The notes under the pieces are model-generated. The model made no database searches, was not told where the DNA came from, and was given only the letters and a program-made list of their open reading frames with translations. Below, one piece after another: positions 34,972-47,859 of a stretch of 64,000 nucleotides of DNA. A program made the position numbers and the translations under genes. Within the stretch, counting starts at the first letter, position 1. Each line of letters begins with the position of its first letter. This DNA comes from Harriotta raleighana (Eukaryota). Location of the stretch: NCBI GenBank assembly GCA_050575255.1, contig JBNZDD010013611.1:2011479-2075478 (forward strand), given 5' to 3'.

Positions 34972-35148
34972 AGGTGAATATTTTTAAATCAGCACAAACA
35001 TGATGACAAAATTTAACTTTTAAAATCAGCGGTTTGAGGGGGGGAATATAATGATAATAAGCAGCAATTTTATTACGCTTCTACCATCGGTTATTCTAGA
35101 TCCCTTCTAATGTCACTGTTTTCAATAGTGTTATTCGCAATGGAACTT

Positions 35149-35480
35149 GTGGAGCTCCTGTGGCTCAGTGGTTAGAGCACTCGCCTTACAAGCATGAGGC
35201 CTGTGTTCGAATCCAGGCAGATCAGGGCGAAACCTTGGGCAAGTTTCCTTACTCCACATGCCTAATAATAATCCCTCCAAAAAAAAACTACAATAATAAA
35301 ATTGGTCATTTCAATCTATGACTGTTTGTGGGACACTGCTGTGCGCAATTGGCTGCCGCGTTTCGCCCACAAATATACAGTCAATTCACTTTACAGTATA
35401 CTCTGTGAAGCGCTTTGGGACGTTGATAAGATGTGAAAAGCGCTATATCAAATGCAAGGATTATTATTATTATTATTATT
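35149..35480 (+). mobile_element. Full-length SINE family A (~330 bp; tRNA-derived head, L2-type tail, (ATT)n)
   Basis: A box tggctcagtggttagagc, B box tgttcgaatcc, Deu-like 3' segment ctgtttgtgggacactgctgtgcgcaattggctgccgcgttt, tail gtgaagcgctttgggacg..aaaagcgctatatcaaatgcaagg(att)n. Confidence 0.95.
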
Positions 35481-35539
35481 ATAATAAGGACTGAGTTGGT
35501 TAGTTTCCCCGGTTGTTGATTTCCTCTCCTACAGAGCAA

Positions 35540-35873
35540 AATAATAATAATCCTTGTACAGTATTTTGATATAGCGATTTTCACATCTTCTAGACGTCTC
35601 AGAGGGCTTCACAGAATGTATTGTAAAGTGAACTGATTGTATATTTGTGGATGGACGAAACGAGGCAGCCAATTGCGCACAGCAGTGTCCCACAAACAGT
35701 CGTGGATTGAAGTGACCAATTTTATTATTGTGGTTTTTTTAAAGGATTATTATTTGGCGTGTGGAGTAAGGAAACTTGCCCAAGATTTTGCCCTCACCTG
35801 TCTGGATTCGAACACAGGTCTTGCGCTTGCAAGGCGAGTGCTCTAACCACTGAGCTACAGCTACAGGACTCCA
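35540..35873 (-). mobile_element. Full-length SINE family A, inverted relative to 35149-35480
   Basis: Reverse complement of the same consensus; anticodon arm ctcgc-ctTGCaa-gcgca. Confidence 0.95.
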
Positions 35874-36037
35874 ATAAAATGCCCTAGATTCGCACACCAA
35901 GATACCATGGGGCTTTCATACTGCTTTCACCTTATACACATAAAGGGAGTTCTATTGTCCATCCATGGTTTCAGGAAAATCAAACGGAAGACAGATTCGA
36001 GGTGGGGAGAATTTTTTTAAACAGTCGTTTAATCTCA

Positions 36038-36215
36038 GATCATAAGAAGGAAGCCATGTAGCCCATCGTGCCAGTGGTGGCTCTTTGAAAGAGCTATCCA
36101 ATTAGTCCCATTCTCCCACTATTTCCACATAGCCTAGCAAATGTTTCCTAGTCAAGTACATACCAAATGCCTTTTTGAAAGTTATTATTGAAACTGCTTC
36201 CACCACCCTTCCAGA
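36038..36215 (-). mobile_element. CR1 3' fragment
   Basis: agaaggaagccatgtagcccatcgtgccagtggtggctctttgaaagagctatccaattagtccca..gaaactgcttccaccacccttccag. Confidence 0.7.
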
Positions 36216-37260
36216 TTTCTTATCCTAAAAGTACTCTCCCATTCCGCCCTCCTCCTAAATGCCACTCTGGTGGGGTGAAGTGGATCAGAAGGCATTTTCC
36301 GTTCAGTGATGGGGATACCCAGAATATCCTCCCAGCTAAATCAGTTAATGCTGCATTAATTATCATTCTTTTAACACTTAAATAAGTTACGTAAATATCT
36401 CCAGAACACGAATGGGGTTTGTATCAGGAATAGTAATGACAAAATGACATCTTCTGTAATTCAATCCCACTCTTTAATATTTTCTTTTTCAAACAGATAT
36501 TGAATGTTCTTTGAAAATAATTTATTCAAGAATGATCTAGGATTTCATAACAGTGTGTAAGGTAACTGTTTAGGTATTTAGAGTTTTTTCTTGATTTAAC
36601 TTCATTATAGACACAAATTTAGAATTTTACCTCAGGAGATTAAATAGTTTGAGCAGTCTACAACGGAATAACTGGCAACTTTTGTCTCCGTGTCTTTCCG
36701 CCTCAACTTACCATTTTCAAATTGTTATCCTTTCATTTACTTATAAAATATTCAGTATATTCAGGAATAAACTGCATTCTCATGCTGGTGGTTGAGCAAA
36801 TGCTGTTAATTTAGTGTTTTGCCCTCATTGTATAATACCTTTCAATGTGATGCTTTCCTCTGGATTAAATTTCATAATTATTATTTGTGCAATGTTGCTG
36901 TTTTAGATCATGTGTTGTGTTTGTCTATGTAACAAGTCTATATTAAATAGAAGTTAACTATTATCCGGTTAATCAAAGATATACACGATAGTTAAATTCT
37001 GTGTCTTATGATTTGGATGAACGTGTAAGTATGGTAGCCCTTGCTTCCCCCCCACCACCTGATTGCCTGCCATGATATCAAAGAAAAAAAGTTTTGCTCC
37101 AGGTTATCACAGCTCTTATTTCCTCCACAAATTTATTTCCTCCAAATCCACCGAAAAATATTCAAATGACAGGAATTAGTTGCTTATCTTGTTATTGTTT
37201 GTGGGAAGTTGGTAAGATCTGCCGCGTTTATTTATGTAACAGCAGTCGCTGGTCTAATTG

Positions 37261-37579
37261 GGTATCCTGTAGCCTATTGAATGGAGCACTCGCCTCACAA
37301 GCGAGAGGTCCTGGGTTTGATTCCCAGCAGGGCGAAACCTTAGGCAAGTTTCTGTGCTCCACACGCCTAGGTTTACCTAGGAACCCGGGTTGTGAGAGCA
37401 CTTTCTGGGGGCAATAATTCCGTGAAAAAATTTGGTCACTCAAACCACAACTGTTTGTCAGATACTGCTGTGCACAATTAGCTGCTTTGTTTCACCCACA
37501 AAATATACAGTCAATTCACATCACAGTAAATTCTGTGAAGAGCTTTCAGGCGGGATAAATGCAAGGATTATTATTATTA
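37261..37579 (+). mobile_element. SINE family A, full-length variant
   Basis: gagcactcgcctcacaagcgagaggtcctgggtttgattcccagcagggcgaaaccttaggcaagtttc..aaatgcaaggattattattatt. Confidence 0.9.
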
Positions 37580-37648
37580 CTATTTAATTAATCTCATTCT
37601 GCAAAAGGCTGAGACATTGCTTATAAATGAAATACACCGAGGAGTGCA

Positions 37649-38285
37649 AATAATAATAATAATAATCCGTGCATATGATATAGCGCTTTTCACGTCCTCT
37701 AGGCCAGTGGTTCTCAACCTCTTTCAGTGATGTACCTCTTGTTAATTCTCAACATTATTGTGTACCTCCACCCAACCACACACACACACCACCCCCCTTA
37801 TTCCACTTGCATTTTATGACCAAGCTTTTCTTATATAACAAAATAACTAGCACATACAAAACCAGGGGAATAACAATTAAATATACAATTTGGAAGGCTG
37901 TAAAACGCTAACTAAGAGAGCTAAATAAATCAATGTACTGCCACCTGTACCCCCTGGTAGTAATTTTCTATCCCCTGGGATACATGTACCCTGGTTGAGA
38001 ACCGCTGCTCGAGACCTCTCAAAGTACTTCACAGAATATACTATGAAGTGAATTGTCTGTATCTTTGTGGGCAGAATGCGACAGCCAAATGCGCACAGCA
38101 GTGTCCCACAGTCAATAGGGGATTGAAGTGACCAATTTGTTAATGTTTTTGTTTTATTGAGGGATTATTATCAAGTGTGTGAAGTAGGGGAACTTGCCCA
38201 AGGTTTCGCCCTACCTACTGAGAATCGAACCCAAGTCTCTTGTTTGTGAAGCGAGTGCTCTAACCACTGAACTACAGGTCTCCAC
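37649..38285 (-). mobile_element. SINE family A interrupted by a hAT MITE
   Basis: Tail at 37649-37704; body resumes at 38008 and runs to the head gagtgctctaaccactgaactacaggtctccac. Confidence 0.9.
37705..38007. mobile_element. hAT (Charlie/MER20-like) non-autonomous DNA transposon, 303 bp
   Basis: TIRs cagtggttctcaacc / ggttgagaaccgctg; 8 bp flanks ctctaggc / ctcgagac, both derivable from the SINE sequence (t/c)tctagac. Confidence 0.9.
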
Positions 38286-41112
38286 GCTGTAAGTTATTAG
38301 TTATTAATGTAAGTTATTAATTAGTTATTAATGTAAGTTATTTTCAAAAGCCACACTCCTTCCAGGCAGTCGGGTTGTTTTATTGATACATATTAACATG
38401 AAACAAGCCCAAATTTTTAGAATTTATTTTGAACTATTATCAAGGGGTCTGGGACTCTCTCCGATGTGAAGGGCAAGATATTAATGCAAGTTGTTGTTAT
38501 TTATAGTGGAAGCCGGTGAAAGATAAACAAGTGTTCTTGGCTGCGATATGCTATGAACAAATTTTAGTGTTTACTTCTTTTGGCAAATATTACATCCCAA
38601 GTGATTGGTATTAAGGCTACAGTAATTATAGGTTCACTAACATACCAATGCATTTATAGTCAATTATTAAACAAATGAACACCTGCTTACAATATACAGT
38701 TGATAACTGCAGGCACAAGATCATACAGGTGCAGTTCCGTACTTCCAACTGAACATAAATTATGTATTGAAAGTACTATTTATGTGCACTGACCTTGTAA
38801 AAGCTTATGTAATTATGGCGAAACTCCTCCCTTCCCTCCTCCCATCAGCAAAGAACATTTCCCCCCTCCAGTCAGCAAAGAACATTCTGCACTGCCAGTT
38901 GACATCTGGTGGACAGCCTCTATAGCTGAGTTTTATCCATAGCCATAATAAAAATCCTTGTAAATGTTACGTTGCACCTATACCAATGAACCACATGTAG
39001 ACAAGCACTGTTAGGAGTTATGTTAATCAAATCCTAACGTGAGAGCTTCTCACAGCTAAACTCAAATTTTAAAAAAAGGCAACACATGGATCTGAATGTT
39101 TACAATACCCCTACTCTGCTACAAAGCAATCCGAAATACCCCCCAGGCCAAAGCACGCAATGTCTACACCTTCAGTTTTAGCTCAACTGTGTTGCATCAG
39201 CGGTGTTTAATTCAGACTAAACAGCTTCTCGGTCTCCAAGATGAATCAGAGGTTGTATTCATTATTCTTCATAGCCCGGCAGTGAATCATGAGAGGTGCA
39301 ATGTGCAAGTCAATGGTGAAACAACGGTAAAGGAAAAAGGGTTCAAGTTGATGCCTGGCACCCGGGATGGAGCGCTGTTTTAACAAGCTCTTCAGGATCA
39401 AGCTCTTTGATCAAACATATACTGACTTTGCCCTTAGCTAGTAAATTATCCCAAACTATGCACAGTTTTATCTGCTGGCTGGGATCCTATTACAGGTATC
39501 TGTTGAATTAGGTGGCGAAGACCATGACAAGCGTAAGTATGAATCTATCTCCTGTTCCGTCCGTCACTTAGCAATTTGTGACATTATTTATTCTGAGATT
39601 ATCTCAAAATCAAAAGAAAAGCAGGCAAGCCCACACAGCTGGACAATACCAGACACATTTTAGTGAAAAAGCAATTGAGCTGTCTCAATAATTCACTCTA
39701 ACAACCGAGAAACCACTACATCTTAAATTGGATTAAATAACCTACAGCAACAAAAACATTTTCAAAGGAAGTTTCTAATTACAAAGGTTTGCAGAGCACG
39801 TTGTACGAAAGGCAAGAAGTATGGCTGATTTAGTCTAAGGCAAGTAGAGGACCTAGATGGCAAGACGCACTTTATGTATGAGCAATTAATGAGGCCTGAA
39901 ACGACTGAATGCTAAAACATTCTTATCAATCTCTCACTTGCTCTGCTACTGTGATAGATAGCAGTCACAGTATCAATTCGGCTTTCAAAATCATTCAAAT
40001 GAAATAAATTTTCAAAAGATTGCGTGATCAAGTCAGTAAGAAGAAAATCAGCAAATCATTTCACTGTAACAAATGTGTATAAAATAACCCAGAAAAAAAA
40101 GATACAAGACTAATCTCTGATTCAATTCAAGGCAGCTTTTTAGTAGGATAACATTTTAAATACCGAATGAAGAACATAACTCACGAAACAAAAGCCTTAT
40201 CAATTAATATAGGCCTTTGAAAAACGTAGTGCAGTCAATTTAAACAGAACTTTCTGAGAATAATGTGGTTAAGGTAAACATTTGCAATCCTTTAATGGAT
40301 TGATGACGATTTGCTCAGCTATGTGGAATGGCCACATATATTTGTTTATTAGCAAGAGTAAACTCCAATAATATCTTTAAACACCAACAAGGAATGATAC
40401 ATACTCTTATTACAGTATTATCTTAGCAAGAATCCCAAGTCTTACCATGAACTGGAAACAAACCAGCTTGCTCTTTCCTTTAAACTTTTGTTCACAAAAC
40501 ATAGCCGATTGATTTTACGGTATATTATGTGAAATGCTTCGGGATATCTCGATGACCTGATTAGGCGCGATATAAAATGCAAGGATTATTTGTTATTGAT
40601 AAACTACAAGAAATCTGTTTCTATTCGGAAATCTGACAGTAAAAAAATATTCTCACACCTTTTGGATTTTTAAAGAAAAATCTACCATTCTCCAAACTAA
40701 ATGTAGATTGAGATTAATTCCACCACACATGGAAATTCCCACGTTTGTTTTGGAATGCACAACTGAGGAGATATATCTTAATTATCTCATTCCAAAAATT
40801 ATTAGGCGCAGTTTGGCAAGAGCTAAGATTTGGAGACTCCAGAGTATGCACTGAGGTACTGCTGGAGTTAACTACATACACCCAACCCACCACCACCCCT
40901 AACCTGGATATCTGATCTACATCAAATAGATAATTATGCAACAATGACCTTCTTCAATATCAAGATTCATTTTTTAAAATGTATTTCCCAACAAACTACT
41001 GTTCAGCTATTCTGTCCCCCCTCCCCTCACCTCTGGATTCCTCTACATTCCTCTGATTCATCAACACCCTAGTTTATGCTCAGTCAGTTGTGTGAAACGC
41101 TTTGAGATGTAA

Positions 41113-41362
41113 AAATAATAATCCTTGCATTTGATATAGCGCTTTCGATGTCTTCTAGACGTCTCAAAGCACTTCTCAGAATATACTGGAAGTGACTTGA
41201 CTGAATATTTGTGGGCAAAACTCAGCCCCAATTTTTTTTTGAGGGATTATTATTAGATGTGTGGAGTAAGGAAATTTGCGCAAGCTTTGGCCCTGCAGGG
41301 AATCAAACCCAGGTCTCTCACTTGTGAGGCGAGTGGTCTAATCACTGAGCCACAGAACTGCC
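41113..41362 (-). mobile_element. SINE family A, internally deleted
   Basis: aataataatccttgcatttgatatagcgc..ctagacgtctcaaagc..gtggagtaaggaaatt..gggaatcaaacccaggtctctcacttgtgaggcgagtg. Confidence 0.85.
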
Positions 41363-41567
41363 ACTGAGTTGCAGGACTGAATATGATGGGTATTACATAA
41401 ATGTAAATTTATGCTGTAAACAGCATAAATGCTGTTGTTTGAAGCATCTTACTATTTTGGGAATATAAAGAGTCAATAAAAGTTAAATGAACATGAAATT
41501 ATTTGACAAAATCTCAGCAAATACTCAAAAGGTGCTGTCTTTAGGCTTAAGCACACGGTGACAAGAC

Positions 41568-41680
41568 ATCATAACATCACAGAGTCAATAGAATTAAATA
41601 GACTGTACAACACCGAGACAGACCATTCAGACCAACCAGTCCATGATGGTGTTTATAGTCCATGCATGAGTCTCTCTTCT
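41568..41680 (-). mobile_element. CR1-type 3' tail fragment
   Basis: tacaacaccgagacagaccattcagaccaaccagtccatgatggtgtttat, antisense to a CR1 tail. Confidence 0.5.
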
Positions 41681-43479
41681 CCTCCTAATTCCTTCTCCCA
41701 ATTCCCTTTCCTCTCAGGGATGCATTTGCTTAAATCTGTCATATGTTTGAGAATCAATAGGAATAGAAGCAATAAATTCACCAGACTCCAAGACTAAACA
41801 ATCTCTAGTTTCAAGTCCTGATGAAACAATTAATACACATTTATTTTTAATGCATTTGTGGTCAAAACAAAGATGTCAAATGCTCATGAATGGAACACAT
41901 TTGATGTTTCAGAAAGTATACAGTCAATTCACTTTACAGTATAATCCGTGAAGCACTGTAGAGATATCTCAACAGCATGATAAGGCATTATATCAAAAGG
42001 ATTATTATTATTATTTATTGACAAAAATGCATTAGTCACAGGGGTGGCACCTCCTACCGTGTGCACAAATCTTTTTATAAACAACCAAGCATATTTAAAC
42101 AAGTATTTAGTGTATTTAAGACATGTAATTTATAGTTCTCAAGGAAATGACAATCTGATAAAATACTGTAACAGCTGATAAAATACTGTAACAGCTCAAT
42201 GTTCCAAGGCTTCTCCCAACTTGCACTCAATAATGAATAATGCTTTATGCAAATCTGACATAAATTACATTGCTTCAGTGTGTTTGTATGGACAATGACA
42301 TCATTTTCCAACAATATTTTTCAAAAGAGCTAATCGCCAAAAAGCCTGTTCAAACTTGTAGAGAAAAATCCCTGAAATTTATCTTAAGTCACAGCCAAGG
42401 TTTCCAATACTTCAGAACAAAACACACAAGTCCTTCCAGCGAAGGACAGTCCACACACAACAGATGTAGGCTGTCAGCTCAATTCGATGTGTAACTCAGC
42501 TATTGTTTTTTTAAGAAATATTATTGTTATTGTGCCTGTGTTCAAATTTTTGGAGTGCTTCACCAATCATCGTTTCCACAATCATTCTTTAAATAATGCA
42601 ACTTGTCCTGGGATACAGTTCCGCAGACACTGAAAATCCTCCAGCACATTGCCCAACAGGCCATTCTTCAAGTATGTGCAATATTTACAACATTGTAGAT
42701 ATTGAGGAATAGCAGGATAAGGCATGTATACCACACAATTTGAGTTGGTGAATGCAAACTGAATTATTTTGTTAGCGAATTCTCACGTCAAATGATGCAA
42801 CAGACTCACCACTGACATGCAGTGATTTACTGTCTCAAGCTGCCTCTAACGGGCAATCCTTTTACTCTGCCATTGTGACTTGGGATCAAATACTTGAGTA
42901 ACAATTATGCTAATGGTCCCATCGTTGGTGTCATGCACTTACCAGCAAACACAATACCAACCATTACTAAATACGGCCACTCATGCTTTTCAATACCCAG
43001 ATGCGTATTCATGAAAATTAGCTGCAGAATTTTGTTTCCAAAGATAGACAATAAGATCTTAAAACACGTGTAAAGCATAACTTTGCTTTGGTTATAAGGA
43101 TAGGCGAGGCTACTGGAAGAGCGCAAGTGTTTATGTGTTAAAGCGTGACCTTTTAACAGAACTATGTCGTCTTCTCTTTGAGCTGCCACACTTTCAGTTC
43201 AGCCCATGGAGAAATAGTGAATGGGCAGCAATGATTGTGATGATAGCTAGCGACCTTACAGAGCTCATGATGTTCTTTATGAGTCACCTCTCAAGGCTAC
43301 ACCACTCACTGATTCCTGGCGAAAACAATGAATGGAGGTGAGGACTGTAAGCATTTAAACCTTACCTTACCTTGTTACTGATGCTCCTTTTTGCAAAACA
43401 ATACATGCTAAGGATGGGCAGTTGTTTCTTTTGCTTCTCCGCAGTTGTAGGAAAACATTCAAAACACCGCGATCACTAA

Positions 43480-43676
43480 ATGCTGTTTCCTCACTCCCTT
43501 CGCCTCTCCCACTCTTTTCCCAGTTTCAGGTCTCAGCTGAAGACCTTTCTCTTCAACCACGCCTTTGGTCACCTTTCTCCCCTGTCCCTGGCTCGCCCCC
43601 GGGATCCGTTACTGTGAAGCGCTCTGAGACACCGTCCGGCGTGGAGGGCGCAATATAAATCAAAGTTGTTGTTGTT
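43480..43676 (+). mobile_element. L2 family B 3' end
   Basis: cagctgaagacctttctcttcaaccacgcctttggtcacc..gtgaagcgctctgagacaccgtccggcgtggagggcgcaatataaatcaaagttgttgttgtt. Confidence 0.9.
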
Positions 43677-43978
43677 TAGAGGAAATAAATTTCTAAGACC
43701 AGTTTTGTCCACAAGTGACACAGTAATTGCACTTTACAGTACATCTGCAAAGTGCATTGGGACATCCTCCTGATATTATATTAAGGAAAGGATTGCTATT
43801 GATTATAATATTAATAAAAATAATGCTTAATATTACTATTAACATTTCAGAAATGAGTGGTGTTGAAAAAGGTTCTTTTGGAAGATTACAAATTGTGATC
43901 TTTTTGCTGGGTTAGATTGAGTAGAGATCATCCAAATCTATTGTACTGTCTCCAGCTTTGTTGAGAGCATAACACTGT

Positions 43979-44299
43979 AATAATAATAATCCTTGCATTT
44001 GATATAGCGCATTTCACGTCTTCTAGATGTCTCAAAGCGCTTCACAGAATACCCTGTAAAGTGAATTGACTGTATATTTGTGGGCGAAACGCGGCAGCTA
44101 ATTGTGCATAGCAGAGTCCCACAAACATTCGTGAATTGAAATGAACAATTTTATTATTGTGGTTTTTTTTGGAGGGATTATTATTAGGCATGTGGAGTAA
44201 GGAAACTCGACCAAGGTTTCACCCTGATCTGCCTGGATTCGAACACAGGTCTCATGCTTGTAAGCCGAGTGCTCTAACCACTGAGCTACAGGAGCTCCA
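43979..44299 (-). mobile_element. Full-length SINE family A, same subfamily as 35149-35480
   Basis: Shares diagnostic ggagctcctgt, cttacaagcatgag and tgttcgaatccaggcagatcaggg. Confidence 0.95.
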
Positions 44300-46494
44300 A
44301 ACTATCTTTAGTTTCAATACCAGCTTCTCAAGAGGAACTATATTAGAGGCCTTACTGATCCATACGTGAAAATCCACAGCCTTATCCTTATCAAGCTCCC
44401 TTGTCACATTATTGTAGTTGACTAATTTTAAAAAAATGCAAAATGGAAATGTGTTGATTATAGCTCCCGAAAAGTGTTCACTTTTCACTATTTAAAAACA
44501 CAAACATGGAAGAATTTGTTTGGGTTCTGAATTCTATAAAACTGACTTAAGAAATGGATATAAAACACAGAATGTTTAATTTTGAATATTCTCCAAATAA
44601 ACTGGAACCACAATCTCGCTTGGTTTATTTTATTTTGGTGAAGACATGACTGAAGTTCTCAAAATAATCAACATGTTGGACTGCAGTAGCCTGCCTCTAC
44701 TTTTATGTGCATCCAGAGCTCTAGTAGATCACCCAACAAAGGCCACACAAGTAAACAAACTGACAACAGTGTTTGACTCATCTGATACAAACAAGCTTTA
44801 GACAGCAGTCAAGCGTATTTACTGCAAGTGTGGCTCATCTTTCTCCACGAGGTCTTAGACTAATGAAAGTGGAATGACAACACAGATAAAAATATCTGTC
44901 TGTCAACATTTGGTTATTAGGGAGCAGTGTATTTATCAGGTGCAGCGACTGATAAACCTTCTTTTATGAGATTCCTGCCCACTTCAATTAAGTAAATTAA
45001 TCTAGCTCTTCAGAGATGAGTTGAAGGAATATCAGAGATGAAACAATAACCCAGTGGACTGGAGTACAATATTTGTCTTAATCACTTTATTGTGATAATG
45101 AGGCCTGGGAGAGGAGTTCCTGACACTCGGTGTGTTGCTGATCTTATTAAACAAGAAAAAATAGTTAAGGTAATTCGACCATCAGAACTTCCTATTTGAA
45201 GACCTTGATCATAACCAAGATGCATGGACAGATGACTTATCGTGTCATCAAGGCATTTCAAAGCTGCTCAACCTGTAAAGTGGATTGACTGTGTGTTTTG
45301 TAGGCGAAATGCGGCAGTCAGTTTGGGCACAGTAATGTCCCACAGATAACGGGCGAGTGATCAATTTATTTGGGAGATTGCTAATAAATAATAACCATAA
45401 TAATAAGCGCAGATAATGATAGAGGCCAAAAAGACATATTCCCTGGCTGGTTTCTCAGCTGAAGCATTCACACAGTGGAACCTAAAGCCCAAAGGAGAAG
45501 GGAGTGGGTGGAAATATATAACTGGAACAGCTAGGGTAGTTTGTTAGGAGAAATCATTTTTTTTTAATTAGGCACGCAAGATGGTGCAAAAGCCCCAGAA
45601 TTTTTAAGGCATTTTTCTCAGGATGAATGCATTGAAAATATAAGAACAATTAAATACTGGAGTTTGTCAGTTATAAATGTGGAACTGAACTACCTGCATA
45701 TAGTGTGCTTTCTAAATCTGCTTTCAGTTTGGGGGAACTCACCACTTCTACCCTAATTTCGTTCCAACTGTGTCTGAAAAAGATTCGATTCAAAAAGGAA
45801 TATTAATAATTCAAAATTGTCATTAGATCTGCTCGAGACCACATCACTTAGAATTGTGCTCCGCCCAATACCTAAATAAAACATCAACTTCAACTGCATT
45901 TGCCTCTTTCTCCAGATTTCTCCAGTATTATACTAACCTCATATGCTCAGTTATGTGAACACAAGAGCTCAGAAATAAGTAGCTGAATTCAATCACAGTA
46001 ATAAGGCCTTAAGAAGGATTGATTTTGTAGCATTATATAATAGTTTCAATAGTTCCTGACAATTTTGGTACTGCCCACCTTTTTTGAAATAAAAATATAT
46101 TGCCTTGAACAATGATCCTGAATCAAGTGAAAATATCTCACATGTAATTGGAAAATGCAGTCAATCCTTTTTAAATTCTTATATTTATAATCTGCAACAT
46201 GCTTTGAGATATGCAACAATGTGGTGAATGAAGCGTTTTTCAAACGCAAATGCAAGAATTTATTATTATTACTTTGCAAAAAGTTAAGAACAAAATTTTC
46301 ATAAATTTTTTAAATTGGAAGAAATTCCACACTTCTTTTTACATGGATGGTGTATGATATTGGAAATCAGAAACAAGCAAAACAAAAGTAAACATTGCAA
46401 TCTCATCAATAGATGACCTCAAAATTTATTTATCCAAGATACTGATTAGCATCTAGAGGCAATGAAAAATGGCTTGCAGGTTAAACTGTCATCA

Positions 46495-46837
46495 TAATAA
46501 TGTGGAATATAGCACTATATCACATCTCAAAGAGCTTTGTAGCATACACCGCAATGTGAATTGACTGTAGATTTTGTGGGTGAAACGCGGCAGCTAATTG
46601 CACACAGTAGTTTCCCACAAATATTCGTGGATTGAGTGACCACATTTTTTAAAGCAATTATTACCCCTGGAAAAGCAATCTACCTATCGACAAACAACCA
46701 TGTTCCTTCTTACTGTTACGCAAATAAAGGTGTGTGGAGTAAGGAATCTGGCCCAACAGTTCGCTCTGTCCGGGAATTGAACCCACGTCTTCTCTCTTGG
46801 GAGGCGAGCACTCTAACCACTAAGCTACAGATTCCAC
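46495..46837 (-). mobile_element. SINE family A variant
   Basis: gtgaattgactg..gcggcagctaattgcacacag..gtgtggagtaaggaa..gggaattgaacccacgtc..gaggcgagcactctaaccactaagctacag. Confidence 0.8.
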
Positions 46838-46847
46838 GTAGTAAAAA

Positions 46848-47049
46848 ACCCTTCAATAAAATTGCTCTTAAATAATAATTTGGTCATTCAACCCATGACA
46901 GTTTGTGGGAACACTGCCGTGGGCAACTGGCTGCCACATTTGGCTGACAAAACATAAAATCAATTCACTTTGCACTATATTCTGTGAAGTGATTTGAGAC
47001 ATCTGAACAACGTGACTAGGCGCTATTTCAAACACGAGTTTTATTATTT
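46848..47049 (+). mobile_element. SINE family A, headless copy
   Basis: aataatttggtcattcaacccatgacagtttgtggga..caattcactttgcactatattctgtgaagtgatttgagac. Confidence 0.75.
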
Positions 47050-47676
47050 TAGTAAAATTGCAGATCACGACATTAACAGCAAGTGATACTAGAATTTCCA
47101 CAAAATCTGGTGAGCCAATTCCAGAAATGGATCTTCAAAATCGGCCTGCATGACCATCAGCGAAATCCACTGCTCCATTTACATTGCAAATCTGCGTTTG
47201 CAGTGGATGAATCAACAGTAAAAGAACGCATACTGCTCAGTTGTTGACTTTCTCTTCTGGTGCTGGTACTTTTCCAAGTGACTAGGGATGGTCCCAAAAG
47301 GCAGCAATGTTCCACTGCTTGTTAAGGAGACAGGTGTAAGTACGTCAGACTTCTGGCCTGTATCAGCTTTTGCTGCCTCTGCTTCCTCCAATACACCCAT
47401 TCTGGCAATCACACTGGAGTTGGAGATGACCCTGGCTCCCAATGGAAGAGTGAGCCATACACATTATTTGGTTGTGATCTCTGCTTATAAAGTGTCATTT
47501 TCCACAGATAACCAATTGGCATAAAAGTGTGGTCAATCGGGATTCGTGCAGTATGAGCAACAAAAAGTGCTAAAAATCATAGAAAACATTCAGATGAAAT
47601 TCACTATGATCAAGCAAAATCTTTGATTTGTCCCTGAGCTAAAGTTATATTCAGTGATGTAACAATATTTTAGGAT

Positions 47677-47859
47677 AAATAATAATCTGCGCATTTGATA
47701 TAGATCTTTCCACAGTCATGGATTGAAATGACTAATTTAGTATTGTTTATTTTGAGGGATTATTATCAGGCGTGTGGAGTAAGGAAACTTGCCCAAGGTT
47801 TCGCCCTGCCTGGAACCAAACCCAGGTCTCTCGCTCGTAAGGGAAGTGCTCTAACCACT
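47677..47859 (-). mobile_element. SINE family A, internally deleted
   Basis: gagggattattatcaggcgtgtggagtaaggaaacttgcccaaggtttcgccctgcctggaaccaaacccaggtctctcgc..gtgctctaaccact. Confidence 0.85.

Noticed and set aside
35149-35225. tRNA gene (and similar heads elsewhere)
   Set aside because: No proper acceptor stem or T-run terminator; each head continues into a SINE body
38287-38343. Short tandem duplications (also 24090-24127, 38840-38887, 42155-42196, 53088-53120)
   Set aside because: Ordinary slippage duplications of 16-28 bp
41407-41430. Perfect 11 bp inverted repeat atttatgctgt-aa-acagcataaat
   Set aside because: Isolated and AT-rich, plausible by chance or template switching; no terminator meaning in a eukaryote
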